Positions 18,126 through 33,100 of a stretch of DNA of 64,000 bases are shown one piece after another. The DNA comes from Puniceicoccaceae bacterium (GTDB taxonomy: Bacteria; Verrucomicrobiota; Verrucomicrobiia; Opitutales; Oceanipulchritudinaceae). Position 1 is the first letter of the stretch. Every line of letters begins with the position of its first letter. The stretch spans positions 375,780-439,779 of the forward strand of contig JBFOMH010000005.1 of assembly GCA_040830765.1 (NCBI GenBank), given 5' to 3'. The translations under genes were made by a program, and so were the position numbers. Below the pieces are notes generated by a model. It did no database searches and was not told where the DNA came from. It saw only the letters and a program-made list of their open reading frames with translations.

Positions 18126-21100
18126 ATGAAAAGCAGCAACGTCAGCATAAAGCCTCACCAAACCCATTGGTTTGGGCTTTTGGCTGCATCTGCTGAACGC
18201 CTGCTTGGCAATGGTTTCGCCTGTTTCCTGTTTTTGCTTCCTGGAATCGCAGCACTGGCAGACACACCCCTCACCACCCTTGAATACACCGTATCGGGAC
18301 AGGTACTACAGGTAACGCCTTCCGCGGTAGCGGTTCCGAAGGGCATTCCCGGCTCGATCCTGACAAATGTCCAGGGGGACATTCCCGAGGGGGCCTTTGT
18401 CGAGGCTTACTTGAGGGGACCCTCCTTTCCGGCCCGGAGTCTGGTGGCGCTGCCGAACGAGCCTATGCTCTTTCCGCCAATCAACCTGGTGGGCGACTAT
18501 TCCCTGGACGGCATCCGGCTGGTGGATCCGGCAACGGGCGACACCCTCCTTGAAGGCAATCCCGGTTCTGTTCCGGTGCGGGTCTTCGACGAAGTCCTTA
18601 TTTCGCGGGTTACCTCCCGTCCCCTGACCCTGGAGGAAATCCAGGAAAAGGGCATTGTCATCGACGAAAGCAACTATCGGGCGGTGGAGTTCGAGGTCGG
18701 ATTTGTCCTCGATGGCCAGACCATTCCTGTGAAGTTCCCGGTGGTCGCCCCAAACTTCAGCCAGAATACCGAAATCATCCCCACGGCGGAGCTGGAGGAG
18801 CAACTGGCGGAAGTGGATCGTATCAATGATGAGCTGGCCCTTGGGGTGGAATTACCACCAGCCTTGGAAACCGCCAACGTCAATATCGAGATGCGTGGCA
18901 TCAACTTCCAGTTTGTCGACGGCGAAGATCCGGACCTCGCCCTGCAGGTGCCACCCATTCCGGCCCTGATGGTCATTCCCGGCAACATCGGCTATTTGAA
19001 CCAGTTCTTCAGCGTCCTCATCTTTACCGAGAATGGATCACCCAACGGGTCCGGGCTCAGCGTGCGGGATGTCGTCGCGGAAATTGATCTTCCGGATGGC
19101 AGTGACCGCATTCAGGGAACCTATGCCGAGCCGGGGGATGATCCCCTGCGCATGGCCCGGGTCGGACCGGATGCGATCATCGAGACGATGCAACCGGTAG
19201 TGGCCCTGGGACCGGATGGGGAATTGGGTACGGCTGACGATGTTCCCCGCCTCTACCCTGGCGAGACGGGTCAGGCGGAATTCCTGGTTGAGGGCCTGCA
19301 GGAAGGCCTGCATGTACTCAACCTCAATTTGACGGCCCAACTGGATGGCCTCGCTGCCGGTTCCGTGCAAGTGACCGGAAAGGCCGCCGGAAGTGTCCTT
19401 GTGCGCAATCCCAACTTCTCGATGGCCTTCTCCCATCCGCGGACCGTCCGGGCGGGCGAGCCCTATGAGGCATTTGTCACCATCCTGAATACCTCGAATG
19501 TCCCAGCCAACCTGGTCAATGTCACCTTGAACAACAACAGTATCAGTGGGGGAATCCTCGAAAGCGAGGAAACGGTCCAACTGGGCACCATTCTACCCGG
19601 ACAGACAGCGACCGCCCGCTACCGCATCCGATCCCAGCGCACCGGCTCCATCACTTTTTCCAACCTGACAACGGCGGAAGACAGTCTCATCGGCCGTTTC
19701 CGGCTGAGGGTCGGTGTCGATGAACGGGGCGTGCCGCTCTCGCCTGACACCCTGCTGCTGCCGGACTTTGTTGATGAACTCCCGCCCGAACTGGTTTTGG
19801 CAGCCAACCGTATCCTCGGTCAAGCATTGAGCATTTCTACCGCTCCGCTCCTACCAGCGGGCGTGGAGAAGGTCTCCAAACGTCATCTGCGACAGAAAGC
19901 GATCGAGCTGGCCGAAGCCGGGCAGCGGGTGCGCTACGGTGAGCCGTTGCAATCCGTGCTTCCGGACCTGCTCCTCGACTGGCAGGGCGCCCGCGATTTC
20001 CTTTCCGGATGGGACCAGATTCTCCGCGAGACCGATGCGGGGCTGGAATGGCGCGTTGCCATGGCCCAGGCAATGGCGGATGCCAGTGGCGGCTCGGATC
20101 CGGTTATCCAGATGGAGACAGCCGCAGCCGACCTTGCCGGCCGGGGCGAGACCTGGACATTCGGGGCTCTTTCCGCAGCCGGTGAGATGGAATTGCAAGT
20201 CTCGGCCAACGAGACTGTGGCCGCTGCCGGAAGTTCGGTACTTCAGGGACATGCCTACCCTACTTCGGAGGGATCCCTCATCGCCAGTGCCCGGTCGGGT
20301 ATTTTCACCTGGACCTTCAGCGAGGCCCCTCCCGGGCCGGTCGATGTCGGGGTCTGGATAGTCAACGATGACGGCACCACCGGGGAACTGGTCTGGCGAC
20401 TGGACGCGATCCAGGCTGGCACCTGCCTGCGCTACGATGCCACCTCCGGAACAGGAGTCCTTGATATTGATACGGACTGTGACGGCACCATCGACTCCAC
20501 CCTTACCACAACCCTTTCCAACATCGTTGAACTGCCTCCGACGGTCATTGCCGTGCGGCAGGATCCGGAAGTGCTGGTCGGGCGGCCCAAGGAGCAATGT
20601 ATCCAGATTTCCACCACAACCGATGACTCAGGGGAATTTCGGAGCGTAAACAACTATGCCAACGTGCTCGCTGTCCTCTTCAGCAAGCCGATGGTCCAGC
20701 AAACCGCTGACATCCCGGAAGCCTATCGCCTGGACAATGGCAACGAGGCCGCCTTTGTCCGTGTCCAACCCGGTGGCCGGGTCGCCCTGCTGACGATGCG
20801 TGAACCCGTCGGGGCCTTGATCCCCAGGAACATGACCGTTGCCTCAACTATCACCGACGTCCGCGGCAACAACCTGAGTGCCGTTGCCCTGCCGGTTGAG
20901 TCCCGTCTGGTGGAGGGAATTTCCGTACGGGGACGGGTCATCCGGGCAGATGGTTCCTATGCCGCCAACGTGCCCGTGACGCTGACTTATTACGATCAGA
21001 AATCCACCCTCTTTGGCTGCAGTGACTGGATCATGCGGCCGTCCCAGGTATTTACCGACGAGGAAGGACTGTTTGCTTACGATTTTGTCCTCAATGGAAT

Positions 21101-24100
21101 TTCCTACAGCTTGTCGGCAACGGATACCTCCAATCTTTCTGCCGAGGCGGTTGACCTAATCCTGGATTCCTATCGCGGCGATCAACTTGATGTTTCCCTT
21201 TTGGAGGAACTGGCCAGCGATGCAGAATTGGAAAACACCCTCCTCGGTGAGTTTGCAGCCTCCTCTTTGCCAGAAGCGATTGCCCAGGCGGAAGGAATCG
21301 ACCGGGCAGTTGTCCGCGACAACGTGGCTGCCGGTTCCGCCAGAGTGGGTACGGAGTCCGTATTCGCCCTCCGCTTCCGGGGCCGTGGCACAATCATCGG
21401 CCAAGTCCTCGAATCCGATGGCATTACCCCCGCAGCTGGTTCCGGGGTTAATCTATTCCCCGATCCCGACAGCCGTGAACTCGGCCGCGGCCTCTTTGCC
21501 GATTCAGAAGGTCGCTTTGCCTTTTTCGGCGTTCCGCTGGGGGTCTTCAGTGTCGAGGCGACCAGTCCCTCAGGCAGGACCCGTGTCCTTGCCGATGTCA
21601 TTAATACCCCCGGGCAAGTTCTCAACCTGGAGGTCGTCCTCAGCGAAAGTATTCCCCAGCTCACGTCCCTGCAGGGCCGGATAACGGAACCGGATGGGAC
21701 CCCCCATGCCAACGGGCGCGTCTATATTGGTCAATATGTCCAGGGCAAATTCTGCTGTATTGTCTCCACCGCTACAGCTGACACGGATGGATATTGGACT
21801 GCCGAGGGGGTCCCCGTGGATGATTACGATATCATCGCTATTTCGGCCGACAGCCGTCGCAAGGGCGAACGACGAGATATCCTCGCCGTTGCAGGCTCCA
21901 TCAACACCGTCAATATTTCCCTGCAGGCGCGAGCCATTGTCCAAGGGCGGGTGGAAACCAGCACTGGACTACCCGTTGAAAATGCCATTGTCGGTGGTGG
22001 CGAAACGCTGGTCCGGACCGATGCCCTCGGCCGCTTCACCCTGACCGGGGTACCGACCGGGGACCGGAGCATTTCCGCCGGACTGGAGCGCAACCCGGAT
22101 GCTGGAATCGACTTCCCAAGGCTGGGCAGTGCTTCCCTGAATGTCCTTCCGGGGGACGACAACTTTGTCATCGTGCGCTTACGACCGGCCGGTCGCATCA
22201 TCGGTAGGGTCTTTGATTCCCTGGGCCAACCCATCCCCAGGGCGCGGGTGGCTATTCCTCAGGCCGATGGATTCCTCTGGGTCGAAGCAGACGCTCAAGG
22301 GAACTACGAATTCCCGGGCCTTGGATTGGCCCGATACTCTGTCAGCTCGCCGGCTCCGGCAACAGGAGGAGACTTTGATGCCTCGGATGCCCTAAGCGCA
22401 ATCCGCCAGGGCAACCAGGAGGAGATCCTCGCTGCCATTGGCGAAGCCTACGCCGCCTTCACCGGCGTCGATGACCCGCTTCTCAATGGGGATGGTTCAA
22501 CATTCAATCCCCGCAGCTGGGGCTATGTGGACAATATCCGCCTTTCCTTCGATGGCCAAACCGTCGTCGCTGACATTCGGCATCTTGGGAACTCGACGGT
22601 TTCCGGAACCGTTCTCAATGGACAAGGTGTGCCCATCGGCGCTCGAGTCCGGTTGACGGGAATCGGCCCCTCCCTGACCGGCCGTCCAACGATGATTATT
22701 CGCGGCGAGCGCAACAGTGATCCGGCACTGGGGACATTCAGCTTTGAGGGGCAAGCCCTTATCGGCGACTGGGGCTTGCAGGCGGCCTCCCCATTTTTCC
22801 CGGTTGTTGTCAGTACCAGTGGACGCACCACCAGCCTCCAACCCGATGCAACCGGAATTATCCTCCAATTCCCGGAGGTTCGTGATACCAACGGCAGTCT
22901 TTCCGGTCAGGTTCTCAGCCCGGATGGAGAACCAGCCGGGCCAGGGATCGATGTCCAAATCAGCTTCGGTCCGGACTTTATCATCCGCACCGATGAGGAT
23001 GGCCGCTTCGCCACCCAGCAGGATACCTACACCCTGCCAGCGGGCAACTACAGCGTTACCGCCACCGATCCGGCAACCGGGGCAACCGGGCGCAGTGGCG
23101 TCAGGGTCCTGGCCAGTCAGGACAATAGTGTCACAGTACAGCTCCTCGGCCGCGGTACCGCGGTGGTGAATGTTCAGTTGGCCGACGGGTCGGCCGCAGA
23201 AGGAGCCGCCGTCGTAATTGAAGGAGGAGCCTATCCCGGGGAACGATTTGAAGGAACGACCGATGCCAGCGGGACGGTGGAGTTCCTCAATGTCTTCGAG
23301 GGACCCTACGGAGCCACAGCCGGACTGACCCTTGGCGCTACGCGGGTTTCTGGACGATCCGGTCTCAGTGTTCCGCTTGGAGGATCCGGGCAAACGACGG
23401 TCGTCCTGTCCGGAACAGCTGGGATTGTGGGACGCTTCCTCGGGACCGACGGGGAATCACCGTTCGCTTTCGCCAATGTTGCCCTTGGGAACCTCGCCTT
23501 CACCTCAACCGATGCGGAGGGTAATTTTGCTTTCCCGGATGTCCCGCTGGGGACCTACCGGATTGTCGCCACTGATGCCGTCACGGGTCGCAGCGGCTCA
23601 ACCGAAGTGCAGTTGGTAACCGTCGGCGAAACCCGGCAGGTGACAATAATCGAGACTTCACTCGGTAACATCTCAGGATTTGTCATCGATGGTTATGGAG
23701 TTGCCATGGTCCCCAACGCGGAAGTCGTCCTGGTCCATGCCGATCCTTACGTCGCCGACCGCACCGTGACGACAGGACCGGACGGCTCCTTCAGCTTCCC
23801 CGCCACGCCATTCGGAGACTTTACCATTCAGGCAAGGGACCCCTTGACCGGAAACACCGGTTCCAATTCCGGCGAAGTGACCTCAACGACGACAGCTGTT
23901 CAATTGAACATTGGATTGCGCCCATTGGGCAACTTGACGGTCCAGGTATTCGAAGAAGATGGTTCCACGCCAGCCCAACTGGCAACCGTCAACTTGAGAA
24001 TTGGCCTGACAGGAATATCCGTCGATACCGACAGTAATGGCTCCGCCCGATTCGAGGGCATTCCCGTCGGTCCGGGTGCCATTGGTGTCACTGCTGTCTC

Positions 24101-27100
24101 CCGGGTCCCCGGAATGACCCGCAGTTGGGGAGGCGCCTTTGTCACAGTGGATTCCCAGGGAACAGAGGAGACTGCCACCATTACCCTTTCCGGTGTAGGC
24201 AGTCTCGAAGGACAGGTATTGCTTGCTGATGAGGTAACACCCGCTCCCGGCGCGGAGGTCAGGATACGCATAATTGCCGAGACCGTCCCCGTCGAAAACG
24301 GTGAAATGGCGCCCCCATCCAGCGGGGAGGAAGACGTCATCATCGCTGATGCATCGGGCCAGTTTTCATTCAACGATCTTCCGGTCGGAACGATCAATCT
24401 ACGTGCTGTTTCCCAGTCACTGGGAGCTAACACCGATGCTGCCATAACCTTCCCCGGGGAGATTGTGACTCAGGACCTCATCCTTTCGGCCAGTGGCACG
24501 GTATCCGGCCGGATACTGAGGGCGGATGCAACAACACCCGCCGAAGGCACGGAAGTCCTCATTACCTTCCAGTCGCAAAGTGGCTTGCCGGGCCGCCTGA
24601 CTGCCCGGGCTGATGTAAACGGGCTTTTCAATCTGGAACCGGTTCCGGTTGGCCTCTTCAATGCGGAATTTGTCCTCACCGGTGTGGGAGGATTGGCTCG
24701 TCTCTCTGAATCCATCAACTCGAACGGCGAGATACTGGACCTGGGCGACATCATCCTCGACGAAGACTTCCCGGAGGTCCTTGTCGTCGATCCCGAAGAC
24801 ACGGCCAACGATGTGGATATCAACACAGCTGTGGAACTTGTCTTCAGTGAAGGACTGGATGCGGATTCCCTCTTCGCGGATGGGGTTCTCCTCCAGACAG
24901 CGGACGAGGGAACACCCGTCTCCACAAACCTGCAGCTATTGCCCGAACAAGGCGGGGATCCCACCGTCCTGAATCGTCTTCTCATTACTCCTGACGCACC
25001 GCTGGAAAGTGAAACCACATACCAGGTGGTTGTTGTCGACGGTGATTTACTCAATGCAGTGGGCCAGGTGACCAACCGGGGTCCACGCGATCGGGTGGGC
25101 CGACCACTCAACGCCCTCTTCAGTTCCACCTTCACGACCCGGGACCAGAGGCCTCCGGAGCTGCTCTCCTTCACGCCCGAGAACGGGACAGCCCAACTGG
25201 ACACCCGTTCGGTCATCCGACTCTCCTTCGATGAGCCGATTGATGATGGTGCCACCATTAGCCTGAATGGTCCTTCCGGAGCGGTTCCTGGTACAACCTC
25301 CCTCGGACTGAACAGCCTTATTGTCGTCTTTACACCAGACCTTGAGCTCGAGCCCAATGCGGAATACACAACCTCGGTTTCCAACATCCGCGACCTCGCC
25401 GGTAACTTTGCCCTCGACCAGCCGTTTGTTTCCACTTTCGCGACCCTTGACACAATCGGTCCCTCCATTGCCCAGCTCCGCATCAAGGATGGCCAAATCC
25501 CCACCGCCGGGGCCGGGATCGTCCTTGAGGCCGTCCTCGAATCGCCCGAGCCGGGCGTTCGCATCCGCGTCACGGCTGATTTTGAAAGCATTGGATTGAC
25601 TGATCCGGGCGTCCTCGAAGTGCCCTATACATTGGCGGATGCCGGAACGGTCACCTTCCGGGCCATTGCCATTGATCCCTATGGCAACGAGGGCCCATTG
25701 GCCGAGTTGCCGGTCACCATCCTGGCCAACCAGCCTCCACAGATCCAATTCGAGAAATTGCAACCCTCCACGGAGACCGTTGGCAATGGTGAGCTTGTCC
25801 AGGTCCGGGTCAGCGCTACTGATGACAGCGAGGTCGTCGAACTGCGTGCCGCCATCACCGGTGCGGCCACGGCCAGCCTCCGCTCCACCCCGGGTGATCC
25901 CATAACAATAGTCGCCTCCGTTCCCGATACGGCAATTCCCGGGACGACTGTCGATGTCAGGGCCATTGCGTTTGACAACAGCGATGCGGTATCCGGAGAA
26001 CAAATTTACAGTATCGAAATTGTTGATACAGCCCCGCCCAATGCCTCAATTGTGACGCCGGCTGAATTCAGTGTCGCCGATCCGGACCTGCCCTTCCCGG
26101 TTGAAATCGCCTGGTCGGACAACTCGGGCAGTGCCACCCTGCAAGTGAGCCTGACTGGCCTCAACGTTGACCCGGAAGTCATAGAGGTATCCATGAATCC
26201 AAATGAACCGGCGCTTGAGGTGGTTCAGTTTGACCTGTCTTCGGCACCACTCGACTTGACGGGCTTTTCGGTCTTGGTCCGGGCCATCGATGAGGAGGGG
26301 AATGAGTCCTCCACCTCCCGCGATTTCCTCCTTCCCGACCGGGTACCTCCCCTTCTGCAGTCTGTCACCCCTCTGGATGGTGCATCGGGTATCAGCCTTT
26401 GGTCGGGCGGCTGGACCCTTGTCTTTGATGAAAGCATGGAGGCCACTACCCTGACTGGAGATAACCTTGTCGTCCTTGACGAGGCGGACGCTGTTGTTCC
26501 GACGACGATTGCTTCGCCTACACCGGATACGGTAACCATTTCCCCGGATCTCCCCTTGCTACCGGAGACAACCTACCGACTGGTTGTCGGGGCAAACTTG
26601 ACCGATTTAGCAGGCAATAGCTGGGAAGAATCGGAAGGCGTCCCGGTTCCCCCGGAAGGCATCCCCTTCACCCTGACAGCAGCCTCACTCGTGCTCGATT
26701 CACCATCGGCGGGTGATCCGGTTATTCCCGGTCAGGAAGTCGAGGTCCGCTTGACTTATGAAGCAACCGCTGGCGTGGATACCTTTTCCATTTCCTTCAA
26801 TGGCCTCGATCCCGATGTTATTGCCGTCGGTAACGAATCCACTACGACGAACGAACTTCTTCGCCTTCCGCTTGATGCCACCGAGGCCGTTCTGCAGGTT
26901 TCTGCGGGACGAAGCGGAGAGCCGGACTTCGTCCTCCCCGGTCGCGTCCTAGACCTGCGCCCGCGCGATGCCGATGACGATGGGGATACCATTCCCAATG
27001 GTGTCGAGGCGGACAACGGCCTGGACCCGTTCCGTGACGACACCGCTGAAGACCTGGACGAGGACGGTGTCTCCAATATTGATGAAATCAATCAAGGCAC

Positions 27101-30100
27101 CTTCCCCGATAACCCCGACTCGGATGAAGATGGCCTGAACGACGGTGAGGAAAAGGCAGCCGGTACAAATCCATTGAACGAGGATTCCGATGGCGATGGT
27201 ATTCTCGATGGGGCGGATCCTTTCCCCTTGCTCGGCAATCGCAATCCGGTCGCTGAGGACGATTCTGGCTTTACCGTCCCCCAGGGACAAGTACTCAGCA
27301 TCCAGGAAGCAAATCTACTCGCCAACGACAGCGATCCAGACGGCGATTCCATTAGCATCGATGCGACCTTCATCCTGTCGGCAACAAATGGATCCGTTGT
27401 TTACAGCAGCGCTCTCGGCACCTTCACCTACACCCCCGCTGACGGCTTCACCGGTAGCGATTCGTTCGAGTACCAGATTGTTGATGCTTTTGGACTGATA
27501 GCCACCGCAAGCGTATCCATAACTGTTGGTGAAAACCGGCCTCCGGTCGCCGGTACTGATTCCGGGCTCAACTTGCTTTTCAACGGAGGCTCCGGAAGAG
27601 TTACCCTTCCGAACAGCATGATTCACGGATCGACCACATTAACAGTGGAAATGTGGTTCAAGGCCGAACCGGGATCCTCCGGGGGCGGCCTCATTGGTTA
27701 CCAGAATGTTGCCTACCCGGGAAGTCCGGGTAATTGGATTCCCGCCATCTACATCGGTACGGACGGCAGGCTGCGTGGTGAATATTGGGTTGGCAGCGTA
27801 ACTCCGATCACCTCAACGGTCGATGTCCGGGACGGTCAGTGGCACCATGTTTCCCTGATCGGATCCGTCAATACCCAGACGCTCTATCTGGATGGACAAC
27901 CGGTTGGCACTCTCTCAGGAGGCATTAACCACCTGAGCATGGTCCACAATCAAATCGGAACCGTCTATACGTCAGTATGGCCTGGCGGCAACGGATCCTG
28001 GTTCACCTTCGACGGCCGTATCGATAATGTCCGCATCTGGTACCGGGCATTTGATGATACCGAGGCCTTCTCCCTTTTCAGCCAACCGGCCAGCATCGAC
28101 AGGACCGGGCTCGTAGGAGAATACACCTTTGATTCCGATCCGGTACCCGATGTCCTGGACGATAGCGGCCTGGCCAATGACGGTACACTCGAGGGTTCAC
28201 AAAGTGAACAGCCGCAGTACGAGCTTTCGGATTCCCCAGTTTCCGGTACAACCATCTATTACAACACTTTCGAAAACCAGGCTTCAGTAGTGACCCTCAT
28301 CGGCAGCGATGAGGATGGTGACGCGCTAAGCGGGATAGTCCTATCACTCCCATCAAACGGTTCCCTTTTCCAACTTGTCAATGGAACGTTCGGGCCGCCA
28401 ATTGATACAGTTCCAGCGACAGTAACGGATCCCCTTATGCGACTGGTTTATCAACCGGCAGTCGACTTCACTGGCAATGACCTGTTCCAGTATTTGGTCA
28501 ATGATGGTATCGAGGATTCCAATACCGCGAAGGCCCTCGTGTCCGTTAGTCCGTCCATCTCAGAAACAGGGAATGATCTCTGGGATCCCAGCCTCGGAGC
28601 GATCGTAACCGCCTCAAGCGGGGTTTCCGGATCTTCTTCGGCGGAGAATATGTTCGGCGGTTCCTCTGGAATCGAATCAGAAAACACCCTTTTCCAGGAT
28701 GGCCAAGCAGCCGGATTCACTCATTGGGTCGAATGGGAAACGGCTAATTTTGTCGTTGTCGATGGATTCAACCTCTTTGCCGCGGACAATGGATTCGCTT
28801 CCGGTGGTGAACGCGGTTTCACGGAGATGCGTCTTTACGGGCGCCTTGATACCGCTGAAGCGTTTACCTTGCTGGCTACCCTGAACCCCCCGGCCAATCC
28901 ATATGCCCCGGATAGCGAATTCAATAACCAAGTGTTCATCGATCCATTTGCCGGTAAATACTTCCGGGCCGAATTTGACCAGGCGGCCGATACACCGACC
29001 AGTGGACCAAGAGTCATTGAGCTGGATCTGATTGGCGAATCGGTAGCCCTCATCCCGGAAGACATTCCCGTCTCATTGCAGAATGCCAGTTCCGACCAGT
29101 CCCAGAACGGCTTCCCGCCCTCGGAAATGATCGATGGAATTATTGAAGGGGCTAGCACTCAAAACGGCTGGGCCGGTAGCACCAACAGTGGAACGATTTC
29201 CATGACGGCCGTAGTGGAAACGGTCGAGGATATCCTGGCAGAAACGACAACTGAGTTTACCTTCGAGATGATTCAGCCATACGGGAGTGGCCACTTCCTC
29301 GGAAGATTCCGTATCTCCGCAACAACCGATTCGCGGGATCAATTCGCCGATGGACAGGCCATTGGCGGTGATATAACTGCCAATTGGACAGTCCTCGATG
29401 TGCTTGAGATTACCAGTACCGGTGGAGAGACATTCACCGTCCTCGGGGACGGCTCCATCCTCGTCAGCGGCAACCTGCCCTCATCGACTACCTACACCGT
29501 ACGGGCTTCCGGCATTGAGGGCGCTGTCACGGGCTTCCGTGTGGAGGCTATCGAAGACGCGTCGTTACCAACCAACGGACCGGGACGAGCCGGCAACGGC
29601 AATTGGGTCCTCAATGAACTGCAGGTTTACAATGATGGGGTGACCATCAACCGGGGACCGCTAGCTAACGATGATGCTTATCAGGCTACCCAGGGATTCA
29701 GCCTGACCACTGGCAATGTCCTCACCAATGACACTGACCCGGAAGGGGACACCATCAGCATCCTCGAATTCACCCAGGCGGCAAACGGTTCTGTCGTGGA
29801 TAATGGTGACGGTACATTTACTTACACATCCGATCCTTCCTTTAGCGGCGAGGATTCCTTCACCTATCGCATCACCGATGGTTTCCAAACAAGTCTGGCG
29901 GCAACAGTTACGATCACCGTCAACCCCAGTGAATTTGTTGCCTGGAACAATCCCGCCGGTGGCGACTGGCATGATCCTGCCAACTGGCAACCGGCCCGTG
30001 TTCCCAATGGTACGGACAGGGCCCTGGTAGCGCTTCCCGGTGCCTATACCGTCAGCCTGACAGCTGGTGTTAACGTAACCGACCTGACCGTTGGAGGAGA

Positions 30101-33100
30101 TGGTGCGGAGGCGACCCTGCGCCTGAATGGACAAGTCCTGACCCTGCAGCAGGACTCCACCGTCCTTGCCGGTTCATCCTTCATCATCGATGGCAACAGT
30201 CGGTTGACGATGCAGAATGGTACCACCTTGACCGTCAACGGCACCCTTGAATTCAACCGTGGCACCATCACAAACGGCGGAACACTGGTTCTGGGCAACG
30301 GTGGTATCGGTACCCTTTCCGGGACCAGCCAGAAGTGGATCGACGGAACCCTCCGCAACCATGGCACCCTGACCTACAACGGGACACAGGTCCGCTTTGG
30401 CGTCGATGCCTCCAACCTCACCTGCCAGTTGGTCAACGCCCCGGACGGAATTTTCATTGCCGATGGCGATGGGGATTTCGCACAATGGAACGGCAGCCAG
30501 AATTACAGCATTATCAATGAGGGAACCTGGATTCGCCGGGGAACCGGCACTACCGCGGTACTCAATCCTGTCCGCTTCAACAGTACCGGGACTGTCCAGA
30601 TCGAGGAAGGGACATTCCGCTTTACCCAGTCGACCAATTTCTCCGGAACGGTCGAGGGAGCAGGTACCATTTATTTCAATGGCGGCACCCATGCCCTTGG
30701 CGATGGCATGACCTTTGAACCCGCCTCCATGCTCACCGAGAGCTCAACGATAAACTTCGGCACAGGTGTCTATCAAACGATCAACACGCTCGACCTCAAC
30801 AGTGCCACTGCCGTTTTCAAGGAAGACAGGTCCGTACCGAACGTAATCATCAGGGGTACCAGCCGGGTGACGGTGCTGAATGATTCCACCCTCACCGCCA
30901 CCAGCACCCTCGACTTCAGCCGGGGAATCATTACCAATGGGGGCACACTGGCTCTCGCCAATGGCGCCACCGGCACCCTCTCCGGCACCGTGCAAAAGTG
31001 GATCGATGGAACGCTGCTCAACCATGGCACCCTCACTTACTCGGGCACCCAGGTCCGCTTTGGAATCGACGCCTCCAACCTCACCAGCCAACTCATCAAT
31101 GCCCCCGACGGAGTCTTCATTGCCGATGGGGATGGAGATTTCGAACAATGGAACGGCGGCCAGAATTACAGCATACTCAATGAGGGCACCTGGATCCGCA
31201 GGGGCGCAGGCACAACAGCGGTCCTCAATCCAGTCCGTTTCACCAGTAGCGGCCTTATCCAGGTCGAGGAAGGGACATTCCGCTTTACCCAGTCAACCAA
31301 CCTCTCCGGAACGGTAGAGGGAGCGGGTACCATTTACTTCAACGGCGGTTCCCATGTTCTTGGGGATGGCATGACCTTTGAGCCGGCATCCATGCTCACA
31401 GAAAGTACCACAGTGACCTTCGGCACGGGCGTTTATCCGGGCATAAACTCCCTCGATGCCAACAGCGCTCACATTATCTTCTCCGAGGACCGCTCCATTC
31501 CCAATGTGACCATCCGGGGCACGGGTCGACTCACCATGCAGAATGGCTCCACCCTGACGGCTACCAACAGCCTCAGCTTTACTCGCGGCACCATTACCAA
31601 CGGTGGAACCCTGGCTCTGGGCAGCGGCGCCACCGGCACCCTCTCCGGGACCAGCCAGAAGTGGATTGACGGCATCCTCCTCAACCACGGCACCCTCACT
31701 TATTCCGGTTCCGAAATCCGCTTTGGAATTGATGCTTCCAACCTTACCTGCCAGCTCATCAATGCCCCGGATGGTATCTTCATTGCCGACGGGGATGGGG
31801 ATTTCCAACAATGGAATGGCAGCCAGAATTATAGCATCCTCAATGAAGGGACCTGGATCCGACGGGGAACCGGCACCACCGCCATTCTCAACCCCGTCCG
31901 CTTCACCAGTACTGGTTCCATTCAGGTCGAGGAAGGAACCCTCCGCTTTACCCAGTCGACCAACCTCTCCGGCACCGTCGAGGGGGCCGGGACGATCTAT
32001 TTCAACGGTGGTTCCCATGTCCTCGGCGACGGCATGACCTTCGAGCCGGCTTCCATGCTCACAGAAAGTACCACGGTGACCTTCGGAGCGGGTGTCTACC
32101 AGACCATTGACACGCTCGACGCCAACAGCGCCCACATCATCTTCCCAGAGAATCGCTCCATACCCAATATTACCATCCGGGGCACCGGCCGCCTGACCAT
32201 GCAGAACGGATCCACCCTGACCGCGACCAACAATCTCACATACAGCCGGGGCACCATTACCAATGGAGGTACCCTCGTCCTCGCCAACGGGGCTACCGGT
32301 ACCCTTTCCGGGACCAGCCAGAAGTGGATTGACGGCATCCTTCGCAACCACGGTACCCTTACCTATTCCGGTGCTGAGTTCCGTTTTGGTTTGGATGCTT
32401 CAAACCTTACCAGCCAACTCATCAATGCCCCGGATGGCACCTTTATTGCCGATGGGGATGGGGATTTCCAACAATGGAACGGCAGCCAGAACTACAGTAT
32501 CCTCAATGAGGGCACCTGGATCCGACGGGGAGCTGGCACGACCGCCATCCTCAATCCTGTCCGTTTCACCAGTACCGGTTCAGTGCAAATTGAGGAAGGG
32601 ACTCTGCGGTTGACTCAATCATCCAACTTCTCCGGTACCGTCGAGGGAGCTGGAACCCTCTTTTTAAATGGGGGTACCCACACTCTGGCAGATGATATGA
32701 CCTTTGAACCAGCGGTTCTGAATACCACAAGCACCACCGTCGTTTTCGGTACAGGGACTTTCCAAACTGTCCAAGCCCTTGATGCCAATGCTTCCGCCCT
32801 TGTCTTCCCGGAGGACCGCTCCATCCCCAACCTGACCATTCGCTCCAACGGTCGCCTGACCATGCAGAACGGCTCCACCATGACGGTCAATAACACCCTC
32901 GATTTCCGGAACGGCATCATCACCAATGGCGGGACGCTGGCACTTGCCAGCAGCGCGACCGGAACGCTTTCCGGAACTTCCCAAAAATGGATCGATGGTA
33001 CCCTCCGCAACCATGGCACCCTCACTTACACCGGCTCCCAGGTCGTCTTTGGTCGCGATGCCAGCAACCTGACCAGCCTTCTTGAGAACGCTTCCGACGG

